From Candidatus Eiseniibacteriota bacterium (GTDB lineage: Bacteria; Eisenbacteria; RBG-16-71-46; CAIMUX01; WJJG01), in contig JAZDGX010000129.1 in NCBI GenBank assembly GCA_043806645.1, positions 1-43,737 of the forward strand: a DNA stretch of 43,737 bases. The letters run 5' to 3'. The translations under genes were made by a program, and so were the position numbers. Shown here piece after piece: positions 19,548 to 30,166 of this stretch (positions are counted from its first letter, which is position 1; each line of letters opens with the position of its first letter). The notes below the pieces were generated by a model. It had not been told where the DNA came from, did not search any database, and saw only the letters and a program-made list of their open reading frames with translations.

Positions 19548-21250
19548 TGCAGGCGCCCGCACATCCGCCGGCCGGGCCCGTCGGGGCGCACGCGCATGCG
19601 CCCGGCGCTGCGTCGCCCGTTCCCGCCGCCTTACGAAATCGCCACGCCTGGATCGCCGTCGTGCTGATCGCCGTCGCCGCCGCGGTGCTGGCTCTGCGCG
19701 CCGCAGGCTACGGCCTGCTCGGCTGGGACACCTACCCTCTCATCCTCACCAGTCGCATCGCCACGGTGGGAGATCTCGCACGCATCTTCACGGAACGTCT
19801 GATGCAGGGTCTCTATCCCAGCGAGTTCTATCGCCCGCTCGTCAATCTGACGATCGCCTTCGATCACGCCGTGTGGGGATTGCGACCGGCCGGCTATCAT
19901 CTGACGACCGTGATCCTCTTCGCCGCCTGCGCCGCCGCGCTCTATCGTCTGATGGCGCGCCTGGCGGGCCGGGGTGCACGCATCGCCCCGCTGGCCGGCC
20001 TGCTCTTCTTCCTGCTCCATCCGAGCCATGTCGAGGTCATTCCGGTCGTGGCCCGGCACGCGGAGCTCCTGAGCGGACTCTTCATGGCCCTGGCGCTTTC
20101 CGCTCACCTCGCCCCGCGCCGCCTGCGCGACCGCGGACTGCCGTGGCTGCCGGCGCTCCTCGCCTTGCCGGCCTATCTGGCGAAGGAGAGCGCGTACATC
20201 CTGCCTGCGCTCGCCTTCCTCACCATCCTGCTCTATGCGCCCACCGACGCTCCCCGCACGGGACTCACCCCCCGGCTGCGCCCGGCGGCGCGGGCCCTGA
20301 TTCCGCATGCGATCGCGTTGGCGATCGCCTTGCTGGCGCGCTTCGCGGTGTTGGGCCATTGGGGAGGCCATACCACGACGGGCCTGACCGGCGCGCTCGG
20401 TCGTTTCCCGTCCTATTTCGGGGCGATGATGAAGTGGGTGCTGCTGCCCCAGGAAACCATGCAACGCTCGGGCACGGCGATCGCGCTGCTGCTGCTCCTT
20501 GCGGCGGGATTGACGGCGACTCTGCTGCTGGCCGCGTCACGCCACGCGGCGCCGGCGGGCGGGCCGCGCGCGCATGCTCCACTCATCACACCTCTCGCGG
20601 CCGGCGCGGTCCATCCCCTGCGCATGGCCTCGCTCGGCGCAGCGTGGCTATTCCTGATCGGAATCGTCTATGCGGTCGCGGCCGAGATGTCGCCCTGGTA
20701 CATGTTCCTGCCGGCCATGGGCCTGGCGATGCTCTGCGGCGGTCTCGGCGAGGCACTCGTGCGCGCGGCCCGTCCCGCTCCCGCGGGAGCGGGACGTCAC
20801 ACCGACCGTGCGCGCGTGACTCACGCGGCCGGCTTGCGCTCGCTCGCGGGGCGGGGAATCGCCGCGGGGACGTTCTTGCTGCTGGTCCTGCTGCTTCTCG
20901 GACAGGCCCGTTTCTCGCCGCTCGTCTATCCATACTACGAGTGGCGCGAAGCGACCCGGGTTGGCGAGCAGTTTCTCGACCAGATCCGAATCCAGTTGGC
21001 GGAGAGTCCTCCGGGAACCGTACTGGAGGGCCCACCCGTACCCACCTGGGTCCTGCCGGCAGCCGAACGGGCCGGGCGGCCCCGCGTCTACGGGGCCGCG
21101 ATCTTCGCGGAGTACACGCTGCAGGCCTGGAGCGGGTTGGTCTTCCCGGATCGCAACATCCTGGTCAAAGTGGCGCCGGAGGCATCGCATGCTCAGGCCG
21201 GTCGGGATCAGGTGCTCCTGGTCCTGACGCGCCGCCTCCCCGGTTTCTGA
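19547..21250 (+). CDS. Polytopic membrane protein, GT-C glycosyltransferase-like (PMT/TMTC-like)
   Basis: ATG overlaps upstream stop (TGATG); D after first TM, FYRPL, GYHL, LHPSHVE, AKES motifs; about 11-12 TM segments. Confidence 0.7.
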   Translation: MQAPAHPPAGPVGAHAHAPGAASPVPAALRNRHAWIAVVLIAVAAAVLALRAAGYGLLGWDTYPLILTSRIATVGDLARIFTERLMQGLYPSEFYRPLVNLTIAFDHAVWGLRPAGYHLTTVILFAACAAALYRLMARLAGRGARIAPLAGLLFFLLHPSHVEVIPVVARHAELLSGLFMALALSAHLAPRRLRDRGLPWLPALLALPAYLAKESAYILPALAFLTILLYAPTDAPRTGLTPRLRPAARALIPHAIALAIALLARFAVLGHWGGHTTTGLTGALGRFPSYFGAMMKWVLLPQETMQRSGTAIALLLLLAAGLTATLLLAASRHAAPAGGPRAHAPLITPLAAGAVHPLRMASLGAAWLFLIGIVYAVAAEMSPWYMFLPAMGLAMLCGGLGEALVRAARPAPAGAGRHTDRARVTHAAGLRSLAGRGIAAGTFLLLVLLLLGQARFSPLVYPYYEWREATRVGEQFLDQIRIQLAESPPGTVLEGPPVPTWVLPAAERAGRPRVYGAAIFAEYTLQAWSGLVFPDRNILVKVAPEASHAQAGRDQVLLVLTRRLPGF

Positions 21251-21335
21251 GACGAGGCGTGGGGGTAGAATCACGCACCGGTTTCGTCGGTGCCCCCGGC
21301 CGCGACCGGGGCGCGGAGCAAGAAGGAGTGCGCGC

Positions 21336-23306
21336 TTGGCAAGTTCGCGAGGTCCGCTTTTCATCGCGGGGATCGCCCTGCTCCTGATCGCCACGGGCGC
21401 TTCCTTGCTGCTCGCTCTTGAACACCTGGGAGCGCTCAGCCTCCCCGGATGCGGCCAGGACAGTCCCTGCGCCCGCGCCGCGGCCAGCGCCTGGGGCCGC
21501 GTTCCGGGGCTCGGATGGCCGACCGCCTTCCTCGGTCTCGCCTACTTCGCCGGAGCCCTGTTCACCTGGATCGCCGCCCGGGGACGCGCCGTGGGTCCGT
21601 GGCGCATGATCGTGCGCTTGGGCGCCCTCATCTCCGCCGGCTTCCTGCTGGTGCTGCTCTTCAAGGGCTACGCCTGCAACTACTGCCTGGCCGCCCACCT
21701 CGCCAACTTCGGTTTCCTCTTCATCGTCGAGCGCGCCGCTCGTCTCGCGCGCACCCGCGGCGCTTGGCTGCATCCGTTGGCCCCCGTCGTGAGCCTGGCC
21801 CTCGTCTTCGTGATCGTGTCGGCCGTCCTCGCCTTGCTGGAGGTGCGGGAGAAGGCGGCCGTCGCGCAACGGCAGGAAAGCGAGCGGACGGAATCGACGG
21901 CCGAGATCATCGCAGCCACGCTGGCCGCCGGTCAGAACGCGACCGACTCGGGTGAAGATCCGGAAGCGGGCGCGGTGGGCGCCGGCGAGGTGGGTGCCGG
22001 CGCGGATGGAGTGTCCGGCGATGAGACCTCCCCCACCGGCGCACCGGCCTCCGACCCGGGCCTCGCGGGCGGCATCCAGCCCCCCTGGAAGGGGGCCTTC
22101 ACCGGCCGCTATCGCCTGGGTCCCGAAAAGGCCGCCGTGCGCATCGTCATCTACACCGACTATCAATGCCGCGATTGCGCCCGCATCGAGCAGGAGATCG
22201 AACGGCTGCTCGCTTCCCGCGAGAAGGTGTCCTTGTCGGTCAAGCAGTTCCCCATGTGCAGGGACTGCAATCCCAACGCCGAACGCACGCTTCACCCCAA
22301 CGCCTGCTGGGCCGCCCGCGCGGCGGAGGCCGCCGGCATTCTGCGCGGCAGCGAAGGCTTCTTCCAGATGCACCGCTGGCTCTTCTCGGTCGGAGGGTCC
22401 TTCGACCGCAACAGCCTCCAGACCAGGCTGGCCGAGTGGAACTACGATCCCACGGAATTCGCCGCGCTCATGAACGGCACGCGGGTGCTGGATCTCATCC
22501 ACGCCGATGTCGAAGAAGGCATGTGGCTCGGACTGCACTACACGCCGATGGTCTTCGTCAACGGCGTCGAGATGAAGGGCATCTTCTCCCCGAACGCGAT
22601 CACCCGCACGGTCGAGGAGGTCCTGCTGCGCAGCCCTCAGCCGCTCACCGCATCCGTCGATCAGCCGCCCCCGGCCCTGCAGAAGTACGTGGACGATTGG
22701 TGGCAACAGCCGCGGCGGGACCTGCGCGACGACGGCGCGGCCTGGACTCTGGGGCCGACGGAGGCGCCCATCGAGGTCGTCGTGTGGGGCGATTATCAGG
22801 AGCCGAACACGGCGCAGGCGGACCAGGCCCTGCGCGAACGCGTGGGACAGCGCGGAAACATGCGCTACACCTTCAGGCACTTCCCCGTGCAGCGCGACTG
22901 CAATCCCATCGCCGAGGTCGACCGGCACCCGCAGGCGTGTGCGGCTTCCCGGGCGGCGGAGGCCGCGGGACGTCTGGGAGGAAACGAGGCCTATTGGCGG
23001 ATGCACGCGTGGCTTTTCGAGAACCGCGAGCGGTTCTCGGAAGCCGCGGTCTTGGCCGCCGCGCGCGAGATGGGGTTGGATGAGCAGGCTTTTCAACGGA
23101 CGCTCGCCGATCCCGAACTCACGCAAGCGATCCGCGAGGACTGCCTGGCGACCCGCTCACTCGGTCTCACGGCGGTCCCCTCGATCTTCGTCAACGGCCG
23201 CTTCCTGCCCCGCTGGAAACTGGCGGGGGCCAGTCCTCTGGATCTCATCCTCGAGCGGGCGGCCGCGGAATCGGGCACTCCCGGCGCCGCCGGCGGGCGA
23301 CCCTGA
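21336..23306 (+). CDS. VKOR family protein fused to two DsbA-like thioredoxin domains
   Basis: TTG start after AAGGAG; VKOR loop cysteines (GC.....C), S.WG motif and CNYC; DsbA domain 1 DYQCRDC...YTP; domain 2 DYQEPNT...AVP. Confidence 0.88.
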   Translation: MASSRGPLFIAGIALLLIATGASLLLALEHLGALSLPGCGQDSPCARAAASAWGRVPGLGWPTAFLGLAYFAGALFTWIAARGRAVGPWRMIVRLGALISAGFLLVLLFKGYACNYCLAAHLANFGFLFIVERAARLARTRGAWLHPLAPVVSLALVFVIVSAVLALLEVREKAAVAQRQESERTESTAEIIAATLAAGQNATDSGEDPEAGAVGAGEVGAGADGVSGDETSPTGAPASDPGLAGGIQPPWKGAFTGRYRLGPEKAAVRIVIYTDYQCRDCARIEQEIERLLASREKVSLSVKQFPMCRDCNPNAERTLHPNACWAARAAEAAGILRGSEGFFQMHRWLFSVGGSFDRNSLQTRLAEWNYDPTEFAALMNGTRVLDLIHADVEEGMWLGLHYTPMVFVNGVEMKGIFSPNAITRTVEEVLLRSPQPLTASVDQPPPALQKYVDDWWQQPRRDLRDDGAAWTLGPTEAPIEVVVWGDYQEPNTAQADQALRERVGQRGNMRYTFRHFPVQRDCNPIAEVDRHPQACAASRAAEAAGRLGGNEAYWRMHAWLFENRERFSEAAVLAAAREMGLDEQAFQRTLADPELTQAIREDCLATRSLGLTAVPSIFVNGRFLPRWKLAGASPLDLILERAAAESGTPGAAGGRP

Positions 23307-23489
23307 GCGGCGCGCGAGAGACCGGCTCCGCCCGAGCGGCGCGAGGGGTCCGGGTTGAAGCGCCCCGCGCGCGGACCCCAGGTGGCCCTTGACTGAGGCG
23401 CCGCCTGCGCCGCACCATCCGCACGTCCTGACCGCCGGGCAATGGGCGGCCGGCCGGGCCGACCGCTTTCGAATACCATCGAGGTCACC

Positions 23490-24983
23490 ATGGCAGACAC
23501 CCCGATTCGGACGCGTATCGCGCCCTCGCCGACGGGCGATCCTCACGTAGGCACCGCCTACCAGGCGCTCTTCAATCTCGCCTTCGCCAAGGGACGGGGG
23601 GGGAGCTTCATCCTGCGCATCGAGGACACCGACCAGCAGCGCTCGACGAAGGAATCCGAGACGGCGATTCTGGAATCGCTGCATTGGCTCGGCCTTTCCT
23701 GGGACGAAGGTCCCGATGTCGGCGGTCCCCATGCGCCGTATCGCCAGAGTGAGCGTCTCCAGATCTACCACGAGCACGCCCGGCGCCTGCTCGCTGACGG
23801 CCATGCCTACCGCTGCTTCTGCACGCGGGAACGTCTCGAGGAGATGCGCCGTCGCCAGGGCGCCGACACCGGGTACGATCGCCACTGCCGCGACATCCCG
23901 GCCGGGGAGGCCGAGCGCCGAGCCAACGCAGGGGAAACCCATGTCGTGCGCATGAAGATCCCGCGCGAGGGCACCTGCGTCATGCACGACCTCTTGCGGG
24001 GGGAAATCCGCAAGGACTGGGCATCGGTGGACGATCAGGTGATCCTGAAGTCGGACGGGTTCCCGACCTATCACCTGGCGGTCGTCGTCGACGATCATCT
24101 CATGGGCATCACGCATGTGATCCGCGGCGAGGAGTGGATCAACTCCGTCCCCAAGCACGTGCAGCTCTACGAGTATTTCGGTTGGGAGCTGCCCGTCTTC
24201 TGCCACCTGCCGCTGCTGCGCAACCGGGACCGCTCGAAGCTCTCCAAACGCAAGAATCCGACTTCGATCAACTACTACCGGAGGGCCGGGTATCTGCCCG
24301 AGGCGCTCCTCAACTTCCTCGGCATGATGGGCTGGCTGATGCCCAACGGCGAAGAGAAGTTCTCGCTGGCGGACATGCAGGCCAACCTGCAGTTGGAGAG
24401 AATCTCGCTGGGCGGACCGATCTTCGACGTCGACAAACTGCGCTGGTTGAACGGCCGCTACATCCGCGAGAACTACAGCCCCGAGACGCTGCTGGAGAAG
24501 CTGCGCGCATGGGGGTTGAATGAGACGACCTTCTCCCGGGTCGTGCCCCTCGTCCAGCCGCGGCTGGAGACGTTGGCCGACTGGGGCTATTTGGCGGCCG
24601 CCTTCTTCGCCGACGAGGTCCCGCTCCCCGTCGAAGATCTGAAAATGAAGGGACGCACCGCGGAAGATGTGGCAGGCATCCTGCAGCTCGTCGCCTGGCG
24701 GCTCGAGGCGCAGCGGACCTTCGTCGCGGCCGCGCTCGACGAGCTCTTCCGCGAGACGGCCGAGAAGCTCGATATCAAGCTCAAGGAATTCACGCGCCCC
24801 TTCTATGTGGCCTTGAGCGGGCGGCAGGCCTGGACACCGCTGTTCGACTCGATGGAAATTTTGGGATCGGACATGACGCGCGTACGCCTGCGGCGCGCGA
24901 TCGAGGCGCTGGGCGGCCTCTCCGGAAAACAGCGCAAGGAGCTGGAGGCCCGCTACGCGGCTCTTTTCGGCCCGCGGGACTGA
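23490..24983 (+). CDS. gltX: Glutamate--tRNA ligase
   Basis: [14 protein letters not shown] (HIGH), [28 protein letters not shown]. Confidence 0.96.
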   Translation: MADTPIRTRIAPSPTGDPHVGTAYQALFNLAFAKGRGGSFILRIEDTDQQRSTKESETAILESLHWLGLSWDEGPDVGGPHAPYRQSERLQIYHEHARRLLADGHAYRCFCTRERLEEMRRRQGADTGYDRHCRDIPAGEAERRANAGETHVVRMKIPREGTCVMHDLLRGEIRKDWASVDDQVILKSDGFPTYHLAVVVDDHLMGITHVIRGEEWINSVPKHVQLYEYFGWELPVFCHLPLLRNRDRSKLSKRKNPTSINYYRRAGYLPEALLNFLGMMGWLMPNGEEKFSLADMQANLQLERISLGGPIFDVDKLRWLNGRYIRENYSPETLLEKLRAWGLNETTFSRVVPLVQPRLETLADWGYLAAAFFADEVPLPVEDLKMKGRTAEDVAGILQLVAWRLEAQRTFVAAALDELFRETAEKLDIKLKEFTRPFYVALSGRQAWTPLFDSMEILGSDMTRVRLRRAIEALGGLSGKQRKELEARYAALFGPRD

Positions 24984-25039
24984 TCATCCCCGGCGGGGCG
25001 GGTCGAGCCGCCCGCAACCGGCGAACGCGAGGAGGCAAG

Positions 25040-26839
<1,800 letters not shown>

Positions 26840-27067
26840 ACTCATCCACAGACCGGATCTGGCCCGGGCATCGCCGCCCAGCGGGGTTTGCGCAGAGGTC
26901 TCTTTGTACTCGATTGCCAAGAAATACGTTACGAGCACGACACTGGCGACCTGGGTCGCCGGACCCTGCGCCGCGGGTCGTGCCCTGCGACGGGGCGGCC
27001 ACATTCGCGATCGTTCCTCAGGCTCGATAGGCTCGATCTATTTTGGTGTATCGGTTCGGGAATCCGG

Positions 27068-27073
27068 TATAAT
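27068..27073 (+). promoter_or_regulatory. Candidate -10 box
   Basis: Perfect TATAAT in a lower-GC intergenic stretch, directly before a long imperfect hairpin. Confidence 0.5.
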
Positions 27074-27079
27074 GGAGTC

Positions 27080-27225
27080 ATAAACCCAGTGGGCCATGGC
27101 GAATTGCCCCGGATCCCCGTCCGCTCCCCGAGCTGGCAGGGGCTCCAAGTCAGGAATTTAGGCATCCTGGGAAACCGACGGCCCCCCTTGCGGTATAGGG
27201 AGACGGGATCGGGAACTTCATTGGT
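27080..27225 (+). ncRNA. Candidate structured non-coding RNA (long imperfect hairpin, possibly 6S-like)
   Basis: Nested complementarity: CCAGTG/CATTGG, CCCGGATCCCCGTC..CTCCC/GGGAGACGGGATCGGG, GCAGGGG/CCCCTTGC, CAGGA/TCCTG; starts just after TATAAT. Family not confirmed. Confidence 0.4.
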
Positions 27226-27294
27226 AGACATAGGCGACTTTGCTATTGAGCACGACCTGCGGACCCCCGATCCCGGTTTGTTGCTCAATCGGCA

Positions 27295-28005
27295 ATGAGG
27301 TGCAAGGTGGACGTTTTTGCAGACTGTCTCAAGAAGGGACGCTTGAAGCAGGTCGAGCCCGACATCGAAGGGGCCGCCCGGGAGCTCGAGACCTGCAAGG
27401 GCGAACTTGAGCGGGCGCGGCAGGCGTATGGCCAGGGTCGCTGGGAGGATGTGATCACCCAGGCCTATTTCGCGATGCATCGTTGCGCCCGGGCGGCGAT
27501 CAACTCTCGCGGCTACCGTGATACCAATCTCTACGGACTTCTGGCGGGCATCGACAAGCTATTCGTCGAGCCTGGACAGCTTCCTCAGGGCACCGCCAAG
27601 CGAATAAGCGAGGCCAAGGACATCAAGGACTCGGTATACAACGGCGGGCGGGCCGGGGGCCGGGAAGCGAAGAACATGCTCATTCTCGCCCTCGAGTTGG
27701 CCAAGTCCGTCTTCGGATTGCTCAAACTCCCGGGCTTCGACTCCGAGGCCATTGACACCAATCTTCCCGAACGCGTCGATCCACAGCGCGGACGCCCCGC
27801 CCGGTCGGAGGACTCCCCGCGCGCGGAAGGGCCTCCACACGGGGAAAGCTATCCCCGCAGCACGGAGGGCAGCCTCTCTCGCGACCGCTACCCCAACGGG
27901 GACTATATCCGGCGTCCCCGCTCCGGCCCCGGAGGCTCTTCATCCTGGCGGAGCTCCGGAGACGACAATCCGCGGTGGCGTTCAGGGAATCGGGCCGCCC
28001 GCTAG
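27295..28005 (+). CDS. HEPN-domain protein with disordered C-terminal tail
   Basis: ELERARQAY...WEDVITQAYFAMHRCARAAI...G pattern of HEPN helices; last ~85 aa are low-complexity R/P/S/G. Confidence 0.65.
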   Translation: MRCKVDVFADCLKKGRLKQVEPDIEGAARELETCKGELERARQAYGQGRWEDVITQAYFAMHRCARAAINSRGYRDTNLYGLLAGIDKLFVEPGQLPQGTAKRISEAKDIKDSVYNGGRAGGREAKNMLILALELAKSVFGLLKLPGFDSEAIDTNLPERVDPQRGRPARSEDSPRAEGPPHGESYPRSTEGSLSRDRYPNGDYIRRPRSGPGGSSSWRSSGDDNPRWRSGNRAAR

Positions 28006-28020
28006 CACGATCGCGACCCG

Positions 28021-28150
28021 GTCGCCGGAATCGGCCTGCGGCCCGCTAGCGCGATCCCGGCCCGGCCGCCGGAATCGGCCTGCCGCCCGTCCTCAAGCCA
28101 TGGAATCGGATTCTGCCGTCCGGTGTCCGCTTGCCGGAATCAGCCTGCCG
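28021..28150. repeat. Degenerate direct repeats GCCGGAATCRGCCTGC
   Basis: Copies at about 28024, 28068 and 28134; the last overlaps the EamA stop codon. Confidence 0.6.
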
Positions 28151-29018
28151 TGCGCTTCTGGATGATGATGCCCGCAATGATGAGCGCCAACCCGGCCACG
28201 GATGATGCGTAGATCTCTTCGCCCACGACATAGTGCAACAGCACCAGCGACACGAACGGCGAGAGAAAGACCAGATTCGACACCTGGGCCGTCGTGCGCG
28301 AGAAACCGAGCGCCTTCAGCCAGACCACAAACGTGATTCCCATCTCGAAGAAGCCGACGTAGGCGCCGGCGGCAAGTCCCGTCGCGTCCGGCCAGCGGGC
28401 TTCGCCCGTCAAGAGCGCATAGCCGAGCACGAAGACGAACCCGCAGGCGCAGCAGAGAAACAGCTTGGCCGTCTCATCGCGCCGGTCCCGCATGTTGAAG
28501 ATCCAGAAGAGCGCCCAGAGGATCGAACTGCCCAGCGCCAGGGAAACGCCCACGGGATCGGTGAACTGCAGCGCGAGGATCCTGCCCCGAGTCGAAATCA
28601 CGAGCACGCCGGCTAGGCTGATCAGAATCGCCAACAGGCTGGCCGGCCGGATCCGTTGCCTCAGGAGCGGGACGGAGAGCAACGCCAGCGCGAGGGCCCA
28701 CGTGTAGTTGAGCGGTTGCGCTTCCTGCCCGGGCAGCAGGGCGTAGGCCTTGAACAGCACGAGATAGTAGAGAAACGGATTGAGCAATCCGAGCAGGGCC
28801 GAGCGAAGATAGTCGCGGGCCGAATAGGTCGAGAAGAGGAAGAAGCGCCGCTGCAGGGCGAGCACACCCCCGAGAATCAGCGCCGAGGCGGCAGAGGAGT
28901 ACAACAGCAGCCGCACCGGACTGAGGCTGCGCAGAGACAGCTCGAACGCCGAGGCAACCGTGGACCAGAAGAGCACCGCAAGCAGCGCGTACGCGTAGGC
29001 CCTCGTCTGCCGGTCCAT
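28140..29018 (-). CDS. EamA/DMT family transporter
   Basis: About 10 TM helices in two repeats; FWSTVASAF, NPFLYYLVLFKAY, AQPLNYTW, FLSPFVS; start at MDRQTRAY. Confidence 0.9.
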   Translation of the reverse strand: MDRQTRAYAYALLAVLFWSTVASAFELSLRSLSPVRLLLYSSAASALILGGVLALQRRFFLFSTYSARDYLRSALLGLLNPFLYYLVLFKAYALLPGQEAQPLNYTWALALALLSVPLLRQRIRPASLLAILISLAGVLVISTRGRILALQFTDPVGVSLALGSSILWALFWIFNMRDRRDETAKLFLCCACGFVFVLGYALLTGEARWPDATGLAAGAYVGFFEMGITFVVWLKALGFSRTTAQVSNLVFLSPFVSLVLLHYVVGEEIYASSVAGLALIIAGIIIQKRTAG

Positions 29019-29243
29019 GCGGCAATCATGCCCGAGACGACGGACCCCCGCAAGGCCCTCGCCCGTCGCCTCGCTCCATTCGTCTCGTACTACTCGCCAC
29101 GCTCTCCTTGCCACGTTCTCCTCGCCTCGCCCCCCCCTCGCCGCACACCGGCCAGCCACACAACAAGGGCCGGGAGGAAAATCTCCCGGCTCTACGATTG
29201 ACATTCTCCGCGCGTCTTTGTGATGCCGCGGATACCGTGGCTC

Positions 29244-29963
29244 TTACTTCTCCGCCTTGGGCGGCTTCGGCGGCTTCCAATGCTCCCAGACCTTCCCCGT
29301 CAGCGAGGGCGCGGGTGTAAGGGCCGTCTGTCCCGGATACCATCCGGACGGTGTGACCTCACCGGTCTTGCGGTGATGCTGGAATGCCTGGAGCTGGCGG
29401 ATCAGCTCGGCCACGTTTCTCCCCACGGGAGGCGTGAGAATCTCGATGGCCTGGACGATACCGTCGGGGTCGATCAGGAATCGTCCCCGCACGTTCACCC
29501 CGGCTCCCTCGTCGTAGACGCCGTAGATGCGGCCGACCTTCCCGCCCGCGTCCGACAGCATCGGGAAGGGCACCCCGCCCTCGATCATCTTCGACAGCTC
29601 GTGTTCCTGCCACACCTTGTGAACGAAGTGACTATCGACGCTGGTGGCGAGGATCTCGGCGCCCAGCGCCTTGATCTCCTGATACCTGGCGGCAACTGCC
29701 GTCAGTTCGGTGGGTCAGACGAAGGTGAAATCACCGGGGTAGAAGCAAAGCACCAGCCACTTGCCCTTGTAGTCGGACAGCTTCACGACCCCGAAGGTGC
29801 CGTCGACGAATGCGTTGACCTGGAAATCGGGAGCTGGCTTGCCAACCTGAACGGCCATCCTGACCTCCTTCTCCTCTCGGTTTTCCCGCACGGACTCCGC
29901 CGCCGGCTCTTCACCGAGCGGCCCTTCCGCCGGTTTCACGCACGAGATTTTCCCTTCTGCCAT
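29244..29963 (-). CDS. prxU: Selenocysteine-containing AhpC/Prx1-type peroxiredoxin (Sec at TGA 29715-29717); alternative start at 29858
   Basis: ORFs 29715..29975 and 29244..29615 are one frame: [47 protein letters not shown]...[10 protein letters not shown]...GRNVAE. TGA sits at the peroxidatic Cys of the FTFVCPTE motif. Confidence 0.93.
29694..29707 (-). promoter_or_regulatory. Putative bacterial SECIS hairpin
   Basis: mRNA reads UGA-CCCACCG-AACUG-ACGG-CAGUU: 5-bp stem with a G-containing tetraloop 7 nt after the UGA. Confidence 0.65.
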
Positions 29964-30069
29964 CCTGCCTCCCATTTCGGGATCGGGACCACTGCGCCCG
30001 GCTACCAGCCCCCGGCCGCAGTCCCTCTCCGCGGATTACTCCCCATTCACGGCCTTCCGACGCCGGAGA

Positions 30070-30166
30070 CTCATCGCCTCTCGCCACGGAAGGCACCTCA
30101 TCGCACCTCGCCGCGGAAGGCACCTCATCGCCTCTCGCCGCGGAAGACACCTCATCGCCTCTCGCC
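30070..30166. repeat. 27-bp tandem repeat, about 3.6 copies
   Basis: CTCATCGCCTCTCGCCRCGGAAGRCAC units at 30070, 30097, 30124, partial at 30151; last copy is the 3' end and stop of the YgeY-like gene. Confidence 0.9.

Noticed and set aside
27080-27225. SRP RNA or tRNA identity for the hairpin
   Set aside because: No SRP domain IV motif (CAGG...GNRA...AGCAG) and no cloverleaf or T-loop.
27295-28005. HEPN-MNT toxin-antitoxin module
   Set aside because: No nucleotidyltransferase ORF adjacent and no catalytic Rx4-6H motif seen.
29244-29975. Peroxiredoxin pseudogene or two small genes
   Set aside because: The only stop is a TGA at the catalytic Cys position, followed by a SECIS-like hairpin; Sec recoding explains it better.
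30070-30166. CRISPR array (also considered for 40163-40305 and 42578-42663)
   Set aside because: Repeats are head-to-tail or too short and too few, without proper unique spacers; no cas genes in the window.
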